DNA from: Nemertoderma westbladi
Taxonomy: Eukaryota > Animalia > Xenacoelomorpha
Assembly: GCA_032718475.1 (NCBI GenBank)
Contig: JAUCBJ010007413.1
Location: 1-37,754 of the forward strand
Length of the DNA: 37,754 nt
Reading direction: 5' to 3'
Shown: positions 1 to 9,223 of the stretch, in pieces
Position numbering within the stretch: the stretch's first letter is position 1
Layout: the number at the start of each line of letters is the position of its first letter
Position numbers and translations under genes: made by a program
Notes under the pieces: model-generated
Seen by the model: the letters and a program-made list of their open reading frames with translations, nothing else
What the model was told of the DNA's origin: nothing
Databases searched by the model: none

Positions 1-304
1 ATTGAAAACCTACTAAATCTAGCCAACACTGCCACACTATTGGTTTTTAGAAAACGAAAAATTTTGTAATTTTGTCCTGGGACTACTTTTATTTTTCATC
101 AAAATTATGATTCCCTGCTTATGAAATTTTAACTTTTTAAGGATTGGTAGTGTTCATCTATAGTTGTTTCACCAACAGCCCAAATTTTGTAGGATTTCAT
201 TGGACGATTACAAAAATATAGTGGGTGGGCCGAATCGCCCCCCCCCCCCCCCCCCCCACTCAGTGGTGCTAATGGTCAAAACACCCCAGTGGTAATAGGG
301 TTAA
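1..304. mobile_element. Right end of a TTAA-targeting (piggyBac-type) element, likely non-autonomous, inserted into the RTE LINE
   Basis: Ends ...CCCCAGTGGTAATAGGG|TTAA (TTAA at 301-304), the CCCT/AGGG + TTAA signature. The uninterrupted LINE copy at 37621-37640 reads CCAGTGTCCT-TTAA-GATGCG, which places the insertion exactly at this TTAA. The left end is outside the window. Confidence 0.7.
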
Positions 305-1530
305 GATGCGTCTCAAGAAAGTCATGGGCTGTCCACCATGCTTATTCACTCCATGAGGCTGCCAAAGTACACGATTATGCACTGGCTGGTCCTCACGGCG
401 AAAGCAATGTCCTGCAAAGTGGAGGCGATTTTGTTCTAGTGTCAAGCTTGGGGGAACCAATGAGACACCTCCAATGTTATATAGTGTCTGGTTGGAGATG
501 TGTGCATTGTACTTGACACAATGAACCCGGCGTAGCATTCTTGTGAATGTGCCATCCAGAGATTTGGTGTCCTCAGCAGTTACAGCCCAGCATGGACACC
601 CATAGAGGATTACTGGAACTACTGCTGCTATAGATAATCGGACCTTAAGTTTCCAATTAATTCTCGGTGATTTCCAAATCCTGGAAAGCCTATTCAAGGC
701 TGCCCATGCCTTTCCCTTACGTATTCAAAGGTCCTCTCCTGACTTCCAGATCCATGATCCCAGGTAACAGAAGTCGTCCACATGCTCAAGCATACCATCC
801 TTTGAGGTTATGCTCATCCGATCAGAGACTTGCTGAGGACTTTCAAAGTTAACTGTCAGAATTTTGGTCTTTCTGGAGTTAATAAACAGACCAACACTAG
901 AAGCAGCATGTTATAATGAGCTGAGGAGCCATTGGGCTCCCTCTAGTGATTCTGAGAGTACTCCTAAGTCATCAGCAAAGTCTAGATCAGTTAGGTGGTA
1001 CTTGGCAGGATTTCCTTGACTTCTGGAGCCAGTAGGTGGAGTTATCATCACCCCATCATCATTATGATGATCTAAGGACATGCTTAGAACATAGTCAACC
1101 ACAATTATGAACAAGAATGGTGCATGTGTATCTCCCTGGAGGACGCCCCCCATAACACTTCAAATGGATCTGTGTCACCGTCAACAGTAGACACAAATGT
1201 TGTGGAACCATCGTATACTGATCTGATTGCTGCAATAATTTCATCAGGAATCCAATATAATGAAAGTATGCTGAGCATGTGTGAGCGAGAGACTGAATCA
1301 AAGGCCTTGAAGAAGTCAACAAGGATAACAGCCAGATGCCTGTCTTTCTTTTTTGATAACTCTTCAATTATCCGTCTAAGTGCCAAAATGGGCTCCATGG
1401 TCCCATGACCTTTACGTAACCCATTCTGATTTCCACGGAGTCTGACGGTCTCTCAATGGGATCCCTGATGCGATTTAATAGAATTCTATTGTATAGCTTT
1501 GCAGCAATCGAGATCAATGAGATTCCCCAA
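301..1530 (-). mobile_element. 5'-truncated, frameshifted RTE-clade non-LTR retrotransposon (RT and C-terminal region)
   Basis: Collinear fragments in different frames: GISLISIAAKLYNRILLNRIR (1368-1586), ILALRRIIEE...VDFFKAFDSV (1105-1398), GVLQGDTHAPFLFIIVVDYVL...DLDFADDL (911-1153), LSRIWKS...KVRL...VILYG..W...LDGTFTRMLRR (269-697). Confidence 0.9.
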
Positions 1531-1757
1531 AAAGAACGCCACAATAAGGTGGTGATCACTGGAGAAGGGTCGAAGTGTAAATGCATTGCAGTCTTGTATA
1601 GAGCTCCTGTATTTCCTACGAAACAGATACAAATCAGAATTATGATGTACTGACTCCAACAATGTTGGCATTACATTGTGCCAACAGATTCAAATACAAA
1701 TAAATCCTGAATACAAATAATTCAAAGTGGTTCGTGTATCTGCTGACACTATCAGCT

Positions 1758-1986
1758 TAATGCATACTGATACGGAACACTGACTCTGCGCTGCCCCCCC
1801 CCCCCCCCCCCCCCCCCTCCTTCTTCTGCCCTTCTCAATTCCTAGATCCATCACTGCATTGTCAGATTGTTTGGACTAATGCATACTGATATGGAACACT
1901 GACTCTGTGTTGCGCCCCCCACCCCCTCCTTCTTCTGCCCTTCTCAATTCCTAGATCCATCACTGCATTGTCAGATTGTTTGGACT
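1758..1986. repeat. Tandem duplication of a ~110-119 bp unit containing a C tract
   Basis: TAATGCATACTGATA..GAACACTGACTCTG..C-tract..TCCTTCTTCTGCCCTTCTCAATTCCTAGATCCATCACTGCATTGTCAGATTGTTTGGAC starts at 1758 and again at 1877. Confidence 0.9.
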
Positions 1987-2034
1987 GCCGAGGATATACT
2001 ACAGGCTTACTGTCTATGTGTAGAGTATTTTTAA

Positions 2035-2157
2035 TATATCCTGATCGGGATATATTGCCTTATAAGGGTATATCCCGATCGGATATATTACTTACCTTAT
2101 AAGGGTATATCCCGATCGGGATATATTACCTTATAAGGGTATATCCCGATCGGGATA
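2035..2157. repeat. Minisatellite of ~34-bp units built from two palindromes (about 3.5 copies)
   Basis: Unit TATATCCCGATCGGGATATA-TTA-CCTTATAAGG-G; both the 20-mer and CCTTATAAGG are perfect palindromes. Confidence 0.9.
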
Positions 2158-2445
2158 GGGAACCCTACTGCTTGTACCATCAACTCAAGACAGGGATGCA
2201 GGGTAGGGGGGGGGGGGGGGGGGGGGGGGGGATATGTTTCATTACATACATTTTTCATTCATTACATACACTACAGTATGCACTTGCAGTATTACTGTAT
2301 ATATAACAGCCTACAGGTACTGTTGTACAGTATGTAAAACACTAACAGGCAGATTTGATATTTTATGTTTTATAAAAGCAAAAGGTGCAGCTTTGAAGAG
2401 CTGGCGTAAGATTTTTCGCCTGGCACAGCATTTTGCATTGCATAT

Positions 2446-2536
2446 GCACAGAGCCAGCGCAGGATTTTTGCACCCGGCGTGGTTTTGCACAGAGCCAGCA
2501 CAGGAGTTTTTGCACCCAGCGTGGTTTTGCACAGAG
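2446..2536. repeat. Tandem ~42-bp repeat (2+ copies)
   Basis: GCACAGAGCCAGC(G/A)CAGGA(G)TTTTTGCACCC(G/A)GCGTGGTTTT twice, then GCACAGAG. Confidence 0.85.
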
Positions 2537-2621
2537 GCCTCCTTTTCAACAGGACTGCCAGTACGGGTCCTACTAAAAACCGCAAGAACCGCAATTTATC
2601 ACAACTGGTTGTTATTTTCAA

Positions 2622-2699
2622 GCAGACGCATGGTCTAGTGGATAGTGGTGACATTCCTGGGCTTCCGAGGAGGCTCTGGTTCGATCCCTTGACCAGGCA
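2622..2699 (+). mobile_element. tRNA-derived SINE head or tRNA pseudogene (Pol III type-2 promoter)
   Basis: A-box TGGTCTAGTGG (2631-2641) and B-box GGTTCGATCCC (2678-2688) at tRNA-like spacing; no clean cloverleaf. Confidence 0.6.
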
Positions 2700-2932
2700 A
2701 TTAGGGCTCGATCTGAGTTTGGATTTGGCTGGAGCCAGATTCTGGACAATTTGGATGGAGCCGGAGTCCGAGTTTTTCAAAAATGTGAAACATTTAATTA
2801 TTTATTTAAAAAATTAAGTACTGAAACCAGGGTTACTTTGAATTGAGAGGTTACTGAACTTTGAACATTGCGTTTTTTTACTTACCAGTTACCAGGCCTA
2901 TAAATCTGTATTAGTACACCTTTATTAGGCAT

Positions 2933-4250
2933 ATGGCTGTTGAAGAACGATTGCAAATTGCAGCAAGAAACGTTCAATCAGGGCAAATGACATATAGAAA
3001 AACCCATGAACTCTTACAAAATTCCAATGGGAACGCTTTCAATAAGGTTATAAACATCTCCATAATGGAAAACCTGGTCACACACCCTTCTACTAAGCCA
3101 GGATGAAGGAAGAGTCAAAATTTGTAACCGTTGTCTGTCAAATGTCGGAGTGGGGATTTCCTGTGACTAAAGAAGACATATCATATCTCATCAAGGGATA
3201 TTTAGATAAATTGGATACCTACCGAGGATTTACAAATAATCTTCCAGGAAATGACTTTATGGATGGGTTTATTTCCCGTCATAATTTGATATATCGAGTT
3301 GCCGGAAATTTTAAAGTCATTCATGCATGTATAACACCAGAAGAGATAAATGCATATTTTGCCCAATTACTAATTGAGAATAACTAATTACTAATTACCA
3401 ATTACTAATGGAGAATTATCCATCCATTATGTTTTGTGGGGCTGCTACAGGGAAAATGTTGCCAATGATGGTAGTCTACAAGGCCACCAGAATATGTATG
3501 AAGGTTGGAGAACTGGTGGCCCACCAAATGCCATCTATTCTTCTACATTGAGTGGTTGGTTCAATATTAAAACCTTTATTGAATGGTTTGAGGATGATTT
3601 TGTTAATTCCACGAAGGACATCATCGGTAAGAAGTTTCTTATCATGGATAATCTCTCTTGCCACTTCACTTTGTATATTGTGGAAAGGATACTTAGCAAA
3701 TATCAGATATTTAGCAAATAACATTCAATTGGTCCCTATAATCCCCAATTGTACACACCTCCTTTAACCATTAGATGTTGCTTTCTTCAGGCCACTTAGA
3801 GTTCTTTGGCGTTCGATACTAAATAAATGGAGAAGTGAAAGCCGTTCCAATTGGACAATCCCAAAACCACAATTCCCCTCACTGCTGTTACGTTTAATTA
3901 ATGGTTTAGTTCACAGGGAAACGAACTTGGTCAATGGTTTTAGAGCTTCTGGAATATTTCTTGTAATCACAAGAGGTTCTCTTCTGCAACAAAATCGGGG
4001 TCAGGATGGATCAGCTGTACGAAAACCGAGAGGAAAGAAGCTTACACCTGGGATAGCAGCAGCCAGCAGCAGCAAATAAGTGTTTCAGTTGCTGAGGGAA
4101 ATGGGATGAGTACGGAACAGTCAACTGGGTCCAGTGCATGAATGCGACAAATGGTTTTGTGGTTTCTGTGCTGGAGATTTTGATGAAGGTGAATTTATTT
4201 GTGAGAACTGTAACTTTGATGTAACTGTAACTGTAGAAAGGAACTTTTGA
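2933..4250 (+). pseudogene. pogo/Tigger-family (DDE_1) transposase pseudogene with N-terminal HTH domains and a C-terminal PHD-like Cys cluster
   Basis: Psq-like HTH start (MAVEERLQIAARNVQSGQMTYRK); CENP-B-type HTH (WGFPVTKEDISYLIKGYLD..FTNNLPGNDFMDGF); DDE_1 motifs (GKMLPMMVVYK, SGWFNIKTFIEWF, LIMDNLSCH, PNCTHLL*PLDVAFFRPL); WVQC..CDKWFCGFC...FICENC near 4125-4212. Multiple stops, frameshifts and deletions. GGTTACTTTGAA repeats at ~2830-2865 may be the left subterminal region. Confidence 0.88.
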
Positions 4251-4421
4251 TTAAACTTATGATTGAAATTGTCTATATGTATTACAATTATGCACAATAT
4301 GTAACATTAAATATTAGATAATGACAAGCAAAAAAATGGGGCAATTTATTATAACTAATTGTAATTTGATTATATAAAATATTAGATAATATACAACTAA
4401 TAGTGCTACCTCTTCCTTATG

Positions 4422-4740
4422 AGTTTTTATAAACCAGGATTTGAATGTTTTATATTTTGTCAATTTAATTTGTAATATAAAATTTAGGGATTTTTTTTAA
4501 CAGTTTTATTAATTAACAGATGTACTGTTCAATGTATTCGTATTGTATATTAGCAATACAATTAGTTTTTATAAACCAGGATTTGAATGTTTTATATTTT
4601 GTCAATTTAATTTGTAATATAAAATTTAGGGATTTTTTTACCAGTTTTCTTAATTAACAGATGTACACTGTACAGTATTGTATATTAGCAATACAATAAT
4701 GTGCATGTGTTTTTATAAATTGGGATTTTAATGTTTTTAT
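4422..4740. repeat. AT-rich tandem duplication (~140 bp, two copies plus a partial third)
   Basis: AGTTTTTATAAACCAGGATTTGAATGTTTTATATTTTGTCAATTTAATTTG... at ~4423 and ~4564; diverged start of a third at ~4708. Confidence 0.85.
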
Positions 4741-4779
4741 GGCTCATCGCAAAGAAATTGCAATAACAAGTAAGCCCAA

Positions 4780-5557
4780 AGTCTCTATTGTGGCTGCAGA
4801 CATTAATAACATTTTAATATTGCCCAGCACACCTATCTGAAAATAATCAAATGTTAGTTATCAGAGGTAGATTCTCCTTGATGTAGGTTATATAGTTTGA
4901 TCTTGAATAAGTGCACTGTCCATCCAGTTGTGTTGTATTGTAGAACATCTGAGTCACAGACTTTGGAAGTAAAGTCATTTGTGTATTGAAGTTCTGTAAC
5001 ACAACATGATACAGATTTTGTTTATGTTATTCAAGATCGAACTACAACTTACATCAAGGAGCATTTACACCCTGATAACTAACATTGAGTATTTTTCAGA
5101 TGGGTGTGCTGGGCAATATAAAAAATTAAAACATGTTATAAGTGTGTGCAGCCACAATAGAGACATTGGGCTTACTTATGATTGGAATTTCTTTGCCATG
5201 AGCCACAGTAAGTCTGCTGTGAATGGTTTGGTGGAACTGTCAACGGATCAAGATATTGTACCCAGCGAATTACATAAACCAATGGAGTACGTTGCTTGCC
5301 AGTATGACAATTCTTGGTGGATTGGTCTAATTCAAGAAGTTAGTGAAGAAGAGATGGACTATTGTATTGCCTTTATGCACCTTCATAGTCCAGGTCCATC
5401 TAACTCATTTTATTGGCCAAACTATGTGGATTCATGTTGGGTGCCACGTAAGAAAATAATAACAATTGTATCTGCACCCTTTACTAGTAATGGAAGAATA
5501 TACACTTTATCCAAAGAGGATCATTATCAAATAAACTTAAAGCTAAGAAACTGGTGA
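4780..5557 (+). pseudogene. Internally deleted DNA-transposon transposase fragment, Sola-like (probably Sola2)
   Basis: HPVVLY, HDT.FVY, IEYFSDGCAGQYK, WNFFAMSHSKSAVNG followed by a frameshifted GGTV, then a jump to the C-terminal YVACQYDNSWWIGLI...FMH..GP..SFYWP...DSCWVP domain. The superfamily label is from recalled motifs. Confidence 0.65.
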
Positions 5558-5767
5558 TTTATAATCACTATAATATTGAACTCATTGAAATTGTATATTA
5601 GTGAGGAGACTATTAGTGGTTATCATCTAATCTGCCTGGTATATTTAATCTATATCGGTATATTGTAAATTATATATATATATATATCACCATCCGACAT
5701 TGGTGGCCATGGCCATATACACTATTTAATGGGATTAATACACATTCAGTTTTTTCTAAATTCTAGT

Positions 5768-6088
5768 GATGATTTTTGGGGTGTCAGGAAGCTATGAACT
5801 ATATTTCAAGTGGCCCTCACTTGATCCAGAGAACAACCCAAAGTCGTGACACCACTACACGAAGGTCATTTTGGGTCAAAAACTGAACATGATTTTTCCC
5901 TTGAACCCAACATATTTTTTGGCCCTTCCAAGATTACATTTTTATGCAAAATCTGATGTTTTAGGGGGTCAGAGAGCTATGTAGTGTATTTAAATTGGTC
6001 TTCACTTGATCTAGACACCATTCAAAATTCACGAAACCTCTACGCGAAGGGCATTTAGGGTCAAAAATTAATCTGATTTTTCTTGAAT
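5768..6088. repeat. Two diverged ~135-bp direct repeats, possibly subterminal repeats of the adjacent DNA transposon
   Basis: TGAT..TT.GGGG.GTCAG..AGCTATG...TCACTTGATC.AGA...CTAC.CGAAGG.CATTT.GGGTCAAAAA..TGATTTTTC at ~5770-5905 and ~5954-6086. Confidence 0.7.
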
Positions 6089-6199
6089 TAAGTGGAATTT
6101 ATTTAGGGAAACGCAATGAGAGTATAACGGTAACAGCAAGCGCGATAATATTTAACTTCCTATTAATATATTAAAAGTATGTAAATACAATGAAATAAT

Positions 6200-7190
6200 A
6201 TGCATACATTCTAAAAGTTTCGATTTTTACACAAAATCATCATCAGTAATAATGTAAAAAATTTAACCTATATATTGCATTCTGCAAGGTTTGAATTTAT
6301 AAGGTTGGCGCCAAAAAATACATAATAAAAAGACACTACTGTATAAATCGCCTAAAAAACTGTAAAAATATTTACTTAGTTATTGAAAGGGTTGCGGGAG
6401 CTAATATGTAGTAAATGTAAAAATCTAAAATTAATACGATCGGTCGGTATGTATGAGTTACAAATCTGTGTATAGGTTCATGTTATTGATGTGTGCGTTG
6501 TGGATAAAACATACTGTATCTATATTAGTGTGTGATTGTTAAAGTTCCAGAGATATCGATTTAACTTTAGTATTTAAAGTGGGTTTCACCTCGCGAATTA
6601 GTAGGGCTTCTTTGATTAGAGAGTCAAATTGTGTGTTAGAAGAAGCAAGTATAGTAAAGTTTTTAGTATCAGTTGGGTGGTCCTCAGTAAGTGAATGTTC
6701 TAGAATGGCTGAGTAATTAACTGGGTTTACACACTTGCCAGTTAGAGGAGATGTTGCCGTATGTTCACCTATGCGGGCACAAAAGTGTTGGGTGGCTTCA
6801 CTGACATAGGAAGCTGGGTAGCTTCCACATTTGTATAAATAAAGTATATTGGGCCACAAGTGAGTCGGCATCTTATCCTTAGCTGAAAACATGACGAATC
6901 CTAAACGCTGGTTTAAACACTACTTTAAGATATGCGTAGGGAAGGGAGATTTTAAATAGTTTGAGGAGTCGATTTTTAATGAGTACGTTCATGCCAGTGA
7001 AGGGTTGTACGATTATGAATGGGAGTTTGTTGCAAGTTTGTGTGGGAGGTTTATTGTTGTTCATTTTATTTAGTAATTGTTCAGTGGCGTTCAGTTGAGT
7101 ATACTCTTTGGATAACCATTGCTTAATAACGTCTTGTGTAATTCTAAAAGGTTTCTGTGGAAAATTAACATGTTTGTACAAAAACATACA
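6200..7190 (-). mobile_element. 5'-truncated Penelope-like element (RT C-terminal linker + GIY-YIG endonuclease + 3' region)
   Basis: ORF 6539-6892: NILYLYKC...SYVSEATQHFCARIGEH...SPLTGK...SAILEH...NFTILAS...LIKEALLIREVKPTLN. A frameshifted upstream part (LKVVFKPAFRIRHVFS) lies in ORF 6879-7484. Confidence 0.88.
6205..6256 (-). ncRNA. Minimal type-I hammerhead ribozyme relic in the Penelope 3' (pseudo-LTR) region
   Basis: Minus strand reads UACAUUAUUA-CUGAUGA-U-GAUUUU-GUGUA-AAAAUC-GAAAC-UUU-UAGAAUGUA: both core boxes, a 6-bp stem II and a bulged stem I, downstream of a Penelope GIY-YIG ORF. Confidence 0.65.
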
Positions 7191-9223
7191 TGCTAAAATG
7201 GCAGCATTTCGTGTGGGCCTGGATGGGATGACCCTCCTTGAATCAGGTTGACTATTAACTGCACCAGATTTGCTAATACTACCATGTCTTTCACTCACAC
7301 ATGGTTGACTACATTCAAATGGATAAAGTTTCTTGATGGGACTTGTCAATTTCCCACTCTTAGTCCTCAAAGTAACTGATCTTACCCACCCATCGCTTCC
7401 AGTGTGAAGTTCAATTAACTTACCCATGAGCCATTGACTTCTTGGTAATTTACTATGGATTAATACAAAGTCTCCTACTTTCACTATGTCATTGGGATCA
7501 TTTTAATTCCAATGATAATGTTCTCTTAGAGCTGTAACAACTTCATGAGATCATCTGGACCAATAGTCATCTAACAATTTACGAATCCTGTCTTGTCGAC
7601 GAACTAAGTCATCATGGGTTCCGAAGTCAGGGTCATTCCAAACATCCTCATCAGTAGTAGTGCCAGGTAAGGTTGTAATGCGATGTCCTAACGTGATCAT
7701 CAATGGGGTCAATGGTTCAGGGTCATCACGACTTGAGGACGTAACATACATTAAAGGTCTATCATTCATAATGGCCTCAACCTCCGTTACGAATGTGCAA
7801 AGCTCTTCTAAGGTCTACAATGATCTACCTAATATTTTCTTTATAAGAATCTTCATTATACCTATCAACCGCTCCCTTATACCTCCAATCCAAGGGGTTG
7901 CCGGAATTTTCTCCCATTTAATTCTATGGGACAACAAAAAACTCTACACCTGGATCATCTTTCACATGTTGTAGAAAATCAGCAGTGGAAGTAAAGATGG
8001 AAAAATTATCAATAAATATCTTCTCAGGGCAACCCCATCTACTGACAAATCACTTTAAAGCTAATAAGAAAGCCTCTAAGCTGTTTTGTCTTGTCTTGAA
8101 TGACTTCCAAGTTCACTGCCCTTGCAGCAGCACACATGAAAAGGGCAATATAAGCCTTACTGTCAATATCACTATCCCATGTCATTAAGTAGCCTGTAAT
8201 AAATAATAAGGTAAAGGTGGAGGTGGGGGGAGGTTGATAATGTGGACCTCACACCTTTTTACACACTGCACACGAGCGACACACTGAAATAACTCTGTCA
8301 TATTGATGGAATCCATCATTTTTGTCTCAAATGCACAATAGTATCACTCACACCTGTATGCTTAATAAGTTCATGTGAATGAAGAATTATTAAATTTGTG
8401 AAATAATGTCGAGTGGGTAATAAAATAGGTTGAATAGTATCTATTGGTAACCCAGAATGTTGCATGCGCCCAGAGCTACGTATAACACCATCTACCAATA
8501 CTAATCGTAATTGATGAACAATATGTGGTACACAACCTTTCTTATTTGATAAATCCAATAATACATTTGAGTAAAATTAATACTGAATCTGCTTGGCTAG
8601 CCATATCTCAGCAAACTCAATTTCAATAACGTGTAATCCAAATATAGTCAATATAGTAGTTACATTACTTGTACTATTATTAGTCCTGTCCTTTAATCTC
8701 TGTACAAACGTAATACCCAAGCAGTAACATTAACTAGATGATTAAAACTACTGAATCGTTCTATATCAATAATATTAACAGCATTACAATAATGATCTTT
8801 ATCAGATTCTAATAAAGCAATAGTAGTGAGTTCTACCTGGTCGTGATTATCACTTCCTCCCAACTCAATAATTTCATTTACATCAAATTTAGGCCATTCC
8901 TCCGTAAACAACCAGGGGGGGCGAAATTTCCATAAATCAGATACTAATAATTTCTTAGCACTGATACCATGAGATAAATCATCTGCCGGGTTTTCTTTGG
9001 AAGGAAGGTACATCTAAAAATGTACAGCTTTAGGAGTTTCTTATGTATTTCTACCACTCTATTGTGTACATAGAGTTTTTTATGATCACTGGCTTTAATC
9101 CAACCTAATGTGAGGAGACAGACTATCAGAACATAACAAAGTTCTATAATGATCTATAATCCAGCTCTGTAAAGTCCAGAGCCGTTGGAGCTCCGGTTCG
9201 TCGATCGACGCCATTGGTGGATC

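Noticed and set aside
2035-2157. CRISPR-like palindromic repeats
   Set aside because: Intervening sequences are identical and only ~14 bp; this is a minisatellite.
2622-2699. Functional tRNA gene
   Set aside because: A and B boxes are present, but acceptor and anticodon stems do not pair cleanly and no T-run terminator follows.
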